Assembly: GCF_006345805.1 (NCBI RefSeq)
Contig: NC_043003.1
Coordinates: 14,570,001-14,634,000, forward strand
Reading direction: 5' to 3'
DNA: 64,000 bases
From: Octopus sinensis
Taxonomy: Eukaryota
The translations under genes were made by a program, and so were the position numbers. Below, piece by piece: positions 1 through 11,606 of this stretch; the first letter of the stretch is position 1, and the number at the start of each line of letters is the position of its first letter. The notes below the pieces were generated by a model that saw only the letters and a program-made list of their open reading frames with translations, was not told the origin of the DNA and made no database searches.

Positions 1-258
1 CACAGATACGTCTGACACTGATCTTGGATAGCGGGAGAATACCAGATCTAGCATAGATGGCTGCTGCCCAAATCGATGCCTTGTCGGATATTCAACATGT
101 TGCGATAGAAAACAATCTTCAGCCACGTCAAGAAGGGCCTGGCCGAACCGGGAAGATGTTGTACAAATTGATGCGGGCCAATCGAACGTGGGAGCGTTGA
201 AGTTGCCTAGTACCAAGCAGTCATGCGAAGCTGAAACGAATCTTATCGCTTTGGCGAT
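1..258 (-). mobile_element. LINE apurinic-type endonuclease (APE) domain fragment, inverted relative to the adjacent RT
   Basis: Manual translation of the minus strand gives an open frame AKAIRFVSASHDCLVLGNFNAPTFDW...FLSQHVEYPTRHRFGQQPSMLDLVFSRYPRSVSDVSV. This has the APE motifs G(D>N)FN, Q.V..PTR and LDLVF. It runs off the window edge. Confidence 0.85.
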
Positions 259-1470
259 GGGTGTTATACCTGCAGACTGGAGAACAGCGATAATCTGCCC
301 AATTTTCAAGAAAGGGAGCCGCGAAGACCCGCTTAACTACTGACCGGTTTCCCTTACATCAATAATCAGCAAGATGTTCGAAACCATCCTTAAGAAAAGT
401 ATGATGCTCCACCTCCTAAACACAGCCTCGATCACTGATTCCCAAAACGGCTTCGTGCTGAAGAGATCATGCTTGACCAACTTACTAGTAATGGAAGAAT
501 TGGTGACGCGCATCCTCGATGATAGTGATGCTGTTGACATCGTTTTATTGGACTTTGCCAAAGCTTTTGACTCGGTAAACCACCGCCTATTACTTGTCAA
601 GCTTCAAGCATATAGTTTCCATCCGGATATTGTACGATGGGTTGGTGCCTTCCTCTCAGATCGCTCCTTCCAAGTTCAAGTTAATGGTTCGCGGTCCGAC
701 GTCTCCAGTGCGAGCAGTGGCGTGCCTCAAGGTTCAGTGCTTGGGCCCTTGTTGTTCTTAGTCTTCATAAATGACTTGCCCGACGACCTCACGCAACACA
801 CCCTTCTATTTGCCGACGATATCAAACTGGTCGCTCCTTGCGGTAATATAGAGGATCTTCGTCGATGCCTCCACCAAATTTGGAAGTGGTCTAACGATTG
901 GGACCTGTGTCTGAACGTGTCAAAGTGCTGTCATCTGCCTGTCGGCTCTACTCCTGCAACTCAACTTGATTTCGAGCCCGGTCGTCTGCTGCTGGAGAGG
1001 ACCGATCAGGTAAAGGACCTGGGTATCTTGGTGGATTCTTCCTTTTCGCCTTCGGCCCAGTGCATCCATGCTGCCAACAAAGTGCGCGGAATTCTGTTTT
1101 TGATTCGACGGTCATTCGGAATGCTCACAGCAGCCATATTCCTACCACTCCATGTCACGCTGGTGAGACCCATATTGGAGTATGGGATTCAAGCCTCTTC
1201 TCCTTATCTCCTCAAAGACATACAGCATCTCGAAAGAGTCCAGAGGCTAGCTACCCGCATGGTTCATGGTCTCAAAAATTTGTCCTACGAAGAAAGGCTG
1301 AGGACGCTCAACCTTTATTCTCTTGAAAAACGCCGCCGCCGTGGTGATCTCATTCTCGCCCACAACATCATAAGCGGGAAGTGTAACCTCTCGAAAGAGC
1401 TGTTCTTCACTCCTGCTCCGGAGCGTCGGCTGCGGGGTCATTCCGAAAAGCTCTACCTGCGACGATTTCT
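257..1470 (+). mobile_element. CR1-like non-LTR retrotransposon ORF2 reverse transcriptase (one in-frame stop, 3' end truncated)
   Basis: GVIPADWRTAIICPIFKKGSREDPLNY*PVSLTS (TGA at 341-343) is in frame with ORF 374-1477. That ORF carries LDFAKAFDSV, GVPQGSVLGPLLF, FADD, KDLG and the CR1-type tail SLEKRRRRGDLI...LRGHSEKL. Homology stops near 1468 where a SINE fragment begins. Confidence 0.9.
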
Positions 1471-1639
1471 TACTTAATAGTAAGTGAAACACTGGGGTTG
1501 ATGAAATTGCCTATCCCTCTCACCAAAATTTCAGGCCTTGTGCCTATAGTAGAAAGGATTATTATTAGCATAATGACCTTCCCATGACCCAACAAGTTTT
1601 GTTTCATCACAGTCAATCTTTATTTAATAGAAATTCCAA

Positions 1640-1810
1640 GGAAACAAGATGGTAGAATCTCATTGGTACACTAGGCAAAATGCTTAGCAGCATTTCTTCC
1701 ATCTTTACGTTCTGAGTTCAAATTCTGCTGAGGTTGACTCTGCTTTTCGTCCTTTCAAGGTTGATAAAACAAGGACCAGTTACACACTGGGGTTGATGTG
1801 ATTGACTTAA
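1640..1810 (+). mobile_element. tRNA-derived SINE group C copy (a 3' fragment of the same group lies at about 1470-1565)
   Basis: Degenerate A box (TGGTAGAATC), B box GAGTTCAAATTC and body ...GGTTGATAAAAC.AG.ACCAGTT..ACTGGGGTTGATGTGATTGAC, shared with about 10 other copies in the window. Confidence 0.75.
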
Positions 1811-1972
1811 CTATAAGTGCTGGTATAGCTATGTGGTTAATAAGCTCTCTTTGTCACCATGTGGTTTCAAGTTCAGTCCTACTGCATGACACCTTTGGCA
1901 GGTGTCTTTTGCTATAACAGCAAGCTGACCAAAGCCAGTGCATATATTTATTATTATTATTGGCATAATGAA

Positions 1973-2311
1973 CCCTGTGGCCTCTACCTGGGATGTAGCC
2001 AGTCCACTTATACATACCTTTCCTTCTTGGGACACAAAACTCTGCTTACGAAGACCCGTTGAGGCAAGTGAAATCGAAATCGATCAAAATCAATGGAAAT
2101 TGTAGTTGTGATACCAGTGCCGGTGGCACGTAAAAAGCACCCACTACACTCATGGAGTGGTTGGCATTAGGAAGGGCATCCAGCGGTAGAAACACTGCCA
2201 AATCAGACTGGGCCTGGTGCAACCACTGGCTCTCAGACCCCTGTTGAACCGTACAACCCATGCTAGCACGAAAAGCAGACGTTAAACGATGATGATGATG
2301 ATGATGATGAT
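1973..2311 (+). mobile_element. RTE LINE 3' UTR fragment with (GAT)n tail
   Basis: GTGGCACGTAAAAAGCACCCACTACACTC..GAGTGGTTGGCATTAGGAAGGGCATCCAGC...GACGTTAAAC(GAT)n. The same 3' end is physically linked to RTE ORF2 at 39271-41075 and 43087-43830. Confidence 0.8.
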
Positions 2312-3300
2312 AAGTTTCAGAGTTCTCTCCCTTGCCCTCTCTTGATAAGATTATCTCCTTTACTCAAACCGTTTATTTTTTCATTCTGATTATGAGTGCA
2401 GTCTTGATTGGTAACCAATTGATTTTGGATTGCTACACTCCAATACGACGTATGCAAACTTGCACTCAACTACATGAGACAGAAAAGTTAACTTTAGCAC
2501 AATTTAAACTCGTAGTTTTAAACCTTTCATCTACTAAATTAGACCTTTCATCTAGTAAAGCGTTTCATCTGCTAAGTAAAACGTTTCATCTACTAATAGT
2601 ATCTCTACTAGCGCCATCAGTATTTCTACTCTTAATTTCCATTGCTATTTGACCTCCTACCAGTATCACTAATATTGCCATCACTACTGGAGGATGAGAT
2701 GACACATACCAAACGTATGTGTGTGTGTTATATGTTTGTGTAGATGTGTGTAAGTGCGTGTTTGTGTGTGTGTCTCTATGTGTCTGCATGTGTGTGTGTG
2801 TGTATGTAGGAATAATGAAAATACAAGGAATTAATTTGTCTGTCGTTGTCGTTGTTGTTGGTATTGTCGTTACCATTGATGCTTAGCCCCAGGTCAGACA
2901 TGACTGAGCAGATGTCAGCAGATTTATAATCAAAGGCATTCTGGTTATGATCATGTGGTCTTCCTTAGATGCACTTCTGGTTAAACGTATCTAAGTCTAC
3001 ATCAACCAACGTGCACCTACTTCGTACTTTTCTTTCAGAGAAAAAAAAAAAATGGCTAGGGCGTAATATGAGGGAGGCTTCGTTGGTGTTTCTAGTAAGG
3101 TGAGTGAACCACATACAAGTTCTCTTGTTTGGTTTGAAAGAATAAATTACAAGGACTGAGGGTGCTCTATTTATTGTATGGGTGATGGGTTGAGGGTGTG
3201 GTTTGAAGTGACTGACAGCATACCAAATGCCTTGTGGTATTTGTTCCGGATTTATGTGTTGTTAGTTCAAATCCAGCCAAGGTCAACTTTACCTTTTATT

Positions 3301-3661
3301 CATTCATCATCATCATCATTATTTTTTCAGTCGTTGTTATTGTCATTGTTGTCGTCGTCATCATTGTCATCACCACCATCATCACCACCATCATCATCAT
3401 CATTATCATCATCATCAGCATCATCATCATCATCATCATCATCGTAATCATCATCATTGTTGCTGCCATCATCGTCATTGTCATCATCATCATCATCATC
3501 ATCACCACCATCATCACCACCACTATCACCATCACCATCACCACCACTACCACCACCACCACCACCACCACCACCATCATCATCATCATTGTTGCTGCCA
3601 TCATCATCATCATTGGCATCATCGTCATCATCATCATCATCATCCTCATCATCATCATCGT
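3301..3661. repeat. (CAT)n/(CAC)n compound microsatellite
   Basis: Direct reading; explains the poly-I/M/D/S ORFs 3178-3774. Confidence 0.95.
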
Positions 3662-3798
3662 TAATCATTTATTACACTACTGAGATTACTTTCGTTACTA
3701 CTCCAAATTTTTGCATTTCTTTGCTGTTTGATCATGAAACTTTGATAAGTAAAAAATCACAAAGCTTACAGTAGTATCAATATATATATATATATATA

Positions 3799-4114
3799 TC
3801 ATCATCATCATCATCATCATCGTTTAACTTCCGTTTTCCGCGCTAGCACGGGTTGGACGGTTTCGACCGGGGTCTGGGGAGCCAGGGGCTGCCCCAGGCT
3901 CCAGTCTGGTCTGGCAGTGTTTCTACAGCTGGATGCCCTTCCTAACGCCAACCACTCCGCGAGTGTAATGGGTGCTTTTTACGTGCCACCTGCACAGGTG
4001 CCAGAGGGGTCTGGCATCGGCCACGGTCAGTTGGTGCTTTTTATGTGCCACCTGCACAGAAGCCAGTCGGGGCGGTGCTGGCATCGGCCACGTTCGGATG
4101 GTGCTTTTTATGTG
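3799..4114 (-). mobile_element. RTE LINE 3' end, 5'-truncated
   Basis: (CAT)n followed by the reverse complement of the RTE 3' UTR, with two internal repeat units. Ends at a poly-G run. Confidence 0.8.
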
Positions 4115-4793
4115 GGGGGGGGGGGGTGCAGAAATATAGGGGAGCACCAGTGGGGAGGGGTGTTCGGAGAAACGATGACAGGTTCTAGACAAGTAGAACG
4201 TAGGATATCACGAGAGGGGTAATGCATGGTGAAATAGCGTATTGAAGAGGGGGGTTCGAAGAGTAGACACCTATAATGGTGGTGGGAGAAGCGACATCCG
4301 GTATAGATGGAGCAAAAATATAGAGATATCCGGTATTGGTGGTGGGGGTGGGCAAGGGCGGGTGCACCGCGAATACGCGAAGGTTGAAAGACGAGAGAGC
4401 GAGGACTTGGACGGGCAAAATTAATAAAGGGACGATGGAGAAATTATCGGCACATAATGATGAGAGGAATTAGGGAATACAATGACAACTGCTTAAGCGT
4501 ATTAGTAATTAGTAAGTAGATAAAATAGATAGATAGATAAAAACATAATCAAGAAATGAGGCACGTTACTTGACGGGCTGGCTTAAAAATGCTCTTAGCA
4601 ATGGAAGGGGGAAGGAAGAGGGGGAGGGCAGACAACGTAAAAGGGAGAGAGAGAAAGGGAATAGTGGAACCCCGCGAAAATCGGCCGCCATTGAAAACCC
4701 CTGTATGGAGAAACTTAAATATCTATTCTGTATTTAGCGAGACACGAGGCCGAACCGATGGTCAACGATAACTAATAAATTATACATATATAT

Positions 4794-4835
<42 letters not shown>

Positions 4836-4838
<3 letters not shown>

Positions 4839-4985
4839 GATAGGTCTCTTTCAGTTTCCATCAAATAAATTCACTCACAAGGCTTTGGTCGGCTCGAGGC
4901 TGTAAGACACTTGCCCAAGGTGCCATGCAGTGAGATTGAACCCAGAACCATGTGGTTCATAAGGAAGCTACTTCCCACACAGCCT
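4836..4985 (-). mobile_element. tRNA-derived SINE group A, 5' half
   Basis: Reverse complement of GGCTGTG.GG.AAGTAGCTT...GGTTC..GGTTCAATCTCACTGCATGGCACCTTGGGCAAGTGTCTT. Confidence 0.75.
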
Positions 4986-5021
4986 ACTATTTGTAAATCT
5001 CTCAATGAGAGACATTCAATA

Positions 5022-5244
5022 CTCTTTACTCTCTTTTACTCTTTCACTTGTTTCAGTCATTCTGGAGCACTGCTTTTAGTCAAGCAAATCAACCCCAGGA
5101 CTTATTCTTTGTAAGCCTAGTACTTATTCTATCGGTCTCTTTAGCTGAACTGCTAAGTTATGGGAATGTGAACACACCAGCATCGGTTGTCAAGCGATGT
5201 TGTACGTGGTGGTGGTAGGGGGACAAGCACAGACACACAAACAT

Positions 5245-5298
<54 letters not shown>

Positions 5299-5463
5299 GT
5301 ATACATATATACGACGGGCTTCTTTCAGTTTCCATCTAACAAATCCACTCAAAAGGCTTTGGTCGGCCCGAGGCTATAGTAGAAGACACTTGCCCAAGGT
5401 GCCACACAGTGGGACTGTACCTGGAACCATGTGATTGGTAAGCAAGCTATTTACCACAAAGTC
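5022..5463 (-). mobile_element. tRNA-derived SINE group A, near full length
   Basis: Head with A/B boxes, internal (TA)/(TG) microsatellite, and a 3' body ending in TGAAACAAGT(AAAAGAGT)n. Confidence 0.85.
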
Positions 5464-5484
5464 AATCTGAGGATGTCTTATCCT

Positions 5485-5828
5485 CATAGGAGGAGACCCC
5501 CTTCGGTCATGAATGACCCTAGGATTGCACCTAGAAAGTTACCCTCCGTGGCACAAGTTCAGGCAAGGTTGTTTATGAAAGACCAGCAGTCGCCCATGCA
5601 TACCAGCCTCCCTTCTCCACACCATTGATGTTATCCAAGAGAAAGGCAAAGGCTGATACAGCTTGGCACAAGTGATGTTGCAGCTCATTTCTACAGATGA
5701 GTGAACTGGAGCAACGTGAAATAAAGTGTCTTGCTCAAGAACATAACATGCAACCTGGTCTGGGAATCGAACTCACAACCTCACGATCATAAGCTCGACA
5801 CTCTAACCACTGAGCCATATGCCTTCAC
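5485..5828 (-). mobile_element. tRNA-derived SINE group B (head 2 + body Y + its own tail)
   Basis: Reverse complement reads GTGAAGGCATATGGCTCAGTGGTTAGAGTGTCGAGCTTATGATCGTGAGGTTGTGAGTTCGATTCC...GTTCTTGAGCAAGACACTTTATTTCACGTTGCTCCAG, with A box TGGCTCAGTGG and B box GTTCGATTCC. Confidence 0.8.
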
Positions 5829-6145
5829 ATCCTCATAAGGGATTAATATATCCCACAATTTCACTGATTTAATCCACAACTCATACGAGGGAACTCTAAA
5901 CGATATGTATGGGATTATTATAAATATTATTCCATAAAAATTGAGAAAATGGGGAATTGATAAAGATGTAAATTAATTTATTAACACAATTCCAAGGTAA
6001 AAAATGAATAGAAATAAATTTTTAAAAATCCTATGATGTTTTGATTCCAGCCTATAGATAAAAGCATAATTTCAAGAATTAGGTTAAATAAATAAATGAA
6101 TATATATATACGTTGTCGTCGTCGTCGTCGTCGTCGTCGTCGTCT

Positions 6146-6171
6146 TCATCATCATCATCATCATCATCATT

Positions 6172-6203
<32 letters not shown>

Positions 6204-6980
6204 AATCATCATTATCATCATTTAACATCTGTTATCCATGGTGGCATGGGTTGGACGGTTTGACTGGGTTGGCATGTTGGAAGGCTGCACCAGACTTCAG
6301 TCTGATTTGGTATGGTTTTCTATGGCTGGATGCCCTTCCTAATGCTAACCACTTTGAGAGCATAATGGGTGCTTTTATGTGCCACCAGCATGGGTGCCAT
6401 TTGCATGTCACTGGGGAGCGTTTATGTGCCACTGGCATGGGTGCCATTTTGCGTGACACCAGTATCTGCTACAACTGCGATTTTGCTCGGCATGATGAGT
6501 CTTTTTCTAAAACACAACATAATGTCAAAGGTCTTGGTCATTGCCCCCAACACTCAAAAGAAACTCAGCCACTTTGCATCCATGAGGCCCAAAGTTTGAA
6601 AGGAATTCAGTCACTTTACCTCCATGAGGCTCAATGTTCAAAAGAGGTTTTTTACGTGCACCCTGCATGGGTGCACTTGGCTTGATGGGTCCTCTCAAGC
6701 ACAGCACATCACAAAAGGTCTCAGTCACCAGTCATTGCTTCCGTTCAAACAATCATGCTTCACCACTTCGTCCCATGTCATTTTGGGTCTACCTCTACCA
6801 CAGGTTCCCTCCCCAGTTAGAGACTGGCACTTCTTTACACAGCTGTCCTCATCCATACACATCACATGACCATACCAGTGCAGTCATCTCTCTTGCACAC
6901 CACATCTGATGCCTCTTATGCCTAACTTTTCTCTCAAGATGCTTACACCCTATTGTACATGCACACAGACATTGCACACT
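6146..6980 (-). mobile_element. RTE LINE 3' end (older subfamily) including the ORF2 C-terminus
   Basis: (CAT)n tail and 3' UTR at 6220-6480. The minus strand at 6740-6980 encodes WYGHVMCMDEDSCVKKCQSLTGEGTCGRGRP..TWDEVVKHD-like RTE sequence. Confidence 0.8.
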
Positions 6981-7143
6981 GACATATATATATATGTATA
7001 TGTGTGTGTGTGGTATCTATATGTATGTATATATATATTTATATGTATATAAATATATATATATATAGAGTGAGATGTATACATATATACATACATATAT
7101 ACATACATATGTATATATATATGCATATATGTATATATGTATG

Positions 7144-7193
<50 letters not shown>

Positions 7194-7254
7194 GATAGAT
7201 ACATACATACATATATACATACTTATGTATATATATATATGTATATATATATGT

Positions 7255-7410
7255 ATGCATTTTTTTCTCTCCTTGTTTTTTTCTGTGTATCGTTCTGTCG
7301 AAGAGCGTAGGCTCGAAACGTAAAAGACTTTTTCTATTTCTTTTCCTGAGCGCTATACTAATACATTTGTTTGTTTGTACTCCACCTGCATTCGTCCTTT
7401 GTTTATTTTC
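7255..7410 (+). mobile_element. Short non-coding element family H1 with a hammerhead-like motif, embedded in (TA)n
   Basis: Same sequence recurs on the minus strand at about 10500-10690 and 43985-44110; contains CTGTCGAA GAGC GTAG GCTC GAAA CGTA. Confidence 0.7.
7291..7327 (+). ncRNA. Minimal type I hammerhead-like motif (core CUGUCGA, A6U variant)
   Basis: CUGUCGA-A, stem II GAGC/GCUC, GAAA, palindromic ACGU stem III, GUA site, and a short imperfect stem I. Confidence 0.5.
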
Positions 7411-7454
7411 GTAAACTTTCCCTTTATATGTATATGTGTGTATATATGTATATA

Positions 7455-7499
<45 letters not shown>

Positions 7500-7905
7500 G
7501 TATATATATGTATATATATGTATATGTATATATATGTATATATATGTATATATATATGTATATATATATATGTGTGTGTATATATATATATATGTATGTA
7601 TATATATTATATGTATGTATGTATATATATACATAGATATAGATATAGATATAGATATATACATGCATATATACATACATATGTATATCCTTTCTTTCCT
7701 TTCCTGAGAGTCCAATAACACTATACTTGTTCCACGTCCTTGTGTTGTGTTTTCTATTTGTGTTTTCATGTTTGGATTAACTTTATATATATATTGCATC
7801 GCAATCCTTAACATTTATGTATTAACTTTGTTGGGTACTTCACTAGCAGTATATTGGATATATGTTATCCCATGGAGGGTTGCATTTACAACCCCTATCT
7901 CAATT

Positions 7906-7945
<40 letters not shown>

Positions 7946-7947
<2 letters not shown>

Positions 7948-8341
7948 CGCAGGAGTGACTGTGTGGTAAGTAGCTTGCTAACCAACCACATGGTTCCGGG
8001 TTCAGTCCCACTGCGTGGCATCTTGGGCAAGTGTCTTCTGCTATAGCCTCGGGCCGACCAATGCCTTGTGAGTGGATTTGGTAGACGGAAACTGAAAGAA
8101 GCCTGTCGTATATATGTATATATGTATGTGTGTGTGTATGTTTGTGTGTCTGTGTTTGTCCCCCTAGCATTGCTTGACAACCGATGCTGGTGTGTTTACA
8201 TCCCCGTCACTTAGCGGTTCGGCAAAAGAGACCGATAGAATAAGTACTGGGCTTACAAAGAATAAGTCCCGGGGCTCGATTTGCTCGGCTAAAGGCGGTG
8301 CTCCAGCATGGCCGCAGTCAAATGACTGAAACAAGTAAAAA
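7946..8341 (+). mobile_element. tRNA-derived SINE group A, full length, young subfamily
   Basis: GGCGCAGGAGTGACTGTGTGGTAAGTAGCTTGC...GGTTCAGTCCC...TGACTGAAACAAGTAAAA; nearly identical to 22126-22509 and 52427-52839. Confidence 0.9.
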
Positions 8342-8344
8342 AAA

Positions 8345-8380
<36 letters not shown>

Positions 8381-8759
8381 ATATATATATATGTATATAT
8401 ATGTATAGATATATGCATGTATATACATGTATGCATATGTCTATGTGTGTATTCCTTTGGTTCTGTGTGTGAACCCTACTACCTCTTTGAGGACCAATGT
8501 TGGTGTGTGTACATCCCCATAACTTAGCAGTTCAGGAAAAGAGACTGATTGAATAAGTCCTGGGGTTAATTTGTTTGATTAAAACCCTTTAAGGCAGTGC
8601 CCCAGCATGGCTGTGCTCTAACAATTGAAACAAGATCAAAGAAAAAAGATTTATGTACACACACACACACACACATATCTATAGCTATATATATGGTTAT
8701 ATATGAATATATACATATATGTATATATACATGTGTGTATATGTGATTGTATGTATGAG

Positions 8760-8800
<41 letters not shown>

Positions 8801-8809
8801 TGTGTATGT

Positions 8810-8915
8810 GCCTGGGCAGATAGATAGATGGATAGATAAAGGATAGTTAGATAGATGAATAGATATGTAGGTAAGTAAATATATATAAAGAGAAAGAGAG
8901 AGGGAGAAAGAGATA

Positions 8916-8954
<39 letters not shown>

Positions 8955-9119
8955 TATTGATGAATAGATAGTTAGATAGATAGATAAAAAGATAGGTAGA
9001 TAGATAAATAGGTAGATAAATAGGTCGATAGGTAGGAAGATAGATAGATAGATAAACAGATAAATAGATAGATAATTAAGTAGATACATAGGTAGACAGA
9101 TAGATTGATAGATAGATTG

Positions 9120-9150
<31 letters not shown>

Positions 9151-9200
9151 GATAAATAGATACATAGATAGATAGATAGAATGCAGATAGGTAGATAGAC
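8810..9200. repeat. (GATA)n/(TA)n compound microsatellite
   Basis: Direct reading. Confidence 0.9.
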
Positions 9201-9707
9201 GGATGTGATTGAATTCCTCCCGAAAGTTGTTTAGTGTCAATTATTATCAGAGAGAACTGATTTTAGAAATTCATCAATACCAAAGTATAGATTTTTTTTC
9301 CCCATTGTGCGAAGGAAATCATTAGTTATATAAGTTCTATACAAATGCTGTTTTACTGCTACTACTCCTCATCAAACACATGCTGTGCACACATCGTATG
9401 CTACTAGGTAAATATACCGACTCTATATGAGGAGATGGCTTTATTGAACGATATTGATCCATCTCACGTTAGTGCTATAGACCTATGAAGGACAGAAATT
9501 TTCGAGGTGACACCAAATTGTTTCCTGTATTCCTTCCTTTCTTTCTTTCTTTCCTTTCTTTCTTTCGTTCTTTCTTTCCTTTCTCTCGACTTTCTTCTCT
9601 CTTCTCTTTCTTTCTCTCTTTCTTTCTTTCGGTCTTCCTTTTCGTTCTTGCTTGTCTTTCTTATTTCTTTCTTCTTTCTTTCTTTCTTCTTTCTTTCTTT
9701 CTTTCTT

Positions 9708-9807
9708 NNNNNNNNNNNNNNNNNNNNNNNNNNNNNNNNNNNNNNNNNNNNNNNNNNNNNNNNNNNNNNNNNNNNNNNNNNNNNNNNNNNNNNNNNNNNN
9801 NNNNNNN
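9708..9807. other. Assembly gap (100 N), preceded by (TTTC)n
   Basis: Run of exactly 100 N; true length unknown. Confidence 0.99.
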
Positions 9808-10482
9808 TCCAGGAGAGTGTGGGAAACAACATGCTCACAATAACCACCAAGATCGCAGTGTACCGAGCCTGCGTGCTGAGCACCCTACTCTACAGCAGCG
9901 AGAGCTGGACAACATCAGCCGGCAAGAATGCCGCCTCAGCGGCTTCCCACATGCGGTGTCTTCAATGGATCCTTGGCATCTCCTGGAAGGACCGAGTACC
10001 AACGGAGTCATCCTAGAACAACTAATATGCCAAGCATGCATGCCCTCCTCGTGCGGAGACGACTGCGCTGGCTCGGACACGTCTGCCGCATGCCTAAAGA
10101 CATCCTGTACAGCGGGATCCCGACCCAAGGGACGTCCACAGCTACGATACAGGGATGTTGCAAGCGCGACCTGAGGACTGCAACAATCTGTGTGGACACG
10201 TGGGAGGTAACAGCTGCTGACCGCTCTGCCTGGCGTCGGACAGTGAGGAAAGGCGTTTCCATGGCTGAGGAAGGAGAGCACAGCTGTGGTCGGACAGGCG
10301 GGACAGGAGGAGGACAACTGCAGCAACACCCCACACGTACCCATCGATGTTCGTGTGCAGCAACTGTACCAGGGACTGCCACTCTAGAATTGGACTGTTC
10401 AGTCACAGCAGACGCTGCTCATCATCAAAGTAGGCCCCACCCTTGGCGCGACCCATTGTCTATCAAGACAGACGGGGAAGAG
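9808..10482 (+). mobile_element. RTE-clade LINE 3' end, BovB-like, frameshifted
   Basis: Across frames: TKIAVYRACVLSTLLYSSESWTT, RCLQWILGISWKDRV, RRRLRWLGHVCRM, GRPQLRYRD, KRDL, WEVTAADRSAWRRTVRKG, then a C-terminal C..C.RDCHSRIGLFSHSRRC zinc finger. Clearly a different family from the (GAT)n-tailed RTE. Confidence 0.85.
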
Positions 10483-10499
10483 AGATATATATATATATA

Positions 10500-10690
10500 T
10501 ATATAATTCAAATTTACAGAAAACAAAATGCGGAAACAGGTGAAGCAGGTGTATTAGTTTTAATGCTCAGGAAGAATGGAAAAGTTTTTTACGTTTTGAG
10601 CCTACGCTCTTTGACAGAAAGGGATAAGAAGGAAAAAATGGAGAGAGAATGAAAGAGAATGGAAAGAGAAAAAAATTCTTCTGAGGGATT
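10500..10690 (-). mobile_element. Family H1 copy with CpG-decayed hammerhead-like motif (10584-10622)
   Basis: Reverse complement CTTTCTGTCAAAGAGCGTAGGCTCAAAACGTAAAAAAC differs from 7291-7327 in the core by two CG>CA changes. Confidence 0.65.
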
Positions 10691-10875
10691 AATAGTTCAA
10701 CATGATGAAATACCCAGAAGAATATATATATATGCATATAAATTTATATATACATATACATGCATACATACATAATATATATACATATACATACACATAT
10801 ATATATACACACACACATATATATATATATACACACATATCTGTATGTATACATATATGTATATATATATATAGA

Positions 10876-11262
10876 TGTGGAGGCACAATGACCCAGTGGT
10901 TAAGGCAGCAGACTCCCAGTCATAGGATCATGGTTTCGATTCCAAGACCAGGCTTTGTGAGTGTTTCTTGAGCAAAAACACCTGAAGCTCCACGAGGCTC
11001 TGGCAGAGGTGAGGGGTGGTGAACCCTGCTGTACTATTTCACCACAGCTTTCTCTCACTCTTACTTCCTGTTTCTGTTGTACCTGTAATTCAAAGGGGCC
11101 AGCCTTGTCACATTCTCTGTCACATTGAATATCCCCGAGAACTACGTTAAGGGTACATGTGTCTGTGGAGTGCTCAGCCACTTGCACGTTAATTTCATGA
11201 GCAGGCTGTTCCATTGATCGGATCATCTGGAACCCTTGTCATCATAACCGATGTAGTGCCTC
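10876..11262 (+). mobile_element. tRNA-derived SINE group B (head 1 + body X + tail N)
   Basis: GTGGAGGCACAATGACCCAGTGGTTAAGGCAGCAGACTC...GTTTCGATTCC; head and body match 47944-48240 up to CTCTCACTCTT.CTTCCTGTT, then the sequence diverges. Confidence 0.8.
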
Positions 11263-11389
11263 GATGATATATATAGATATGTGTGTATGTATGTATGTGT
11301 ACATATATATGAATATATATATATATTTTTTATCTATATATATATATATATATATATATATGTGATCTCTTGAGCACCACCAGCTCAAT

Positions 11390-11606
11390 ATTTTCTTCTC
11401 CTCTTCTTCCTCCTTGGGATCTTTCCTTCTCCTTGTTTCCGACGAAGAGCTCCGCTCGAAACGTTAAAACCCTCTTTCCCTTCTTTCCTGAGCGTCAATA
11501 ATACTTTAATTGTTCCACGTCCTGCGTTGCTTGTTTTTTTTCTCTTTTTTTCTCTTTTTTTTTTTTTTTCTTTTTTTTCTGTGTTTTTCTTGTTTGGATT
11601 AACTTT

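Noticed and set aside
3178-3774. Poly-Ile/Met/Asp/Ser ORFs (also 12470-13049, 46870-47497, 45839-46570, 58288-58840)
   Set aside because: Trinucleotide and tetranucleotide repeat artefacts.
9464-10174. ORFs spanning the N run
   Set aside because: They read through an assembly gap and (TTTC)n; only the part after 9808 is real (LINE remnant).
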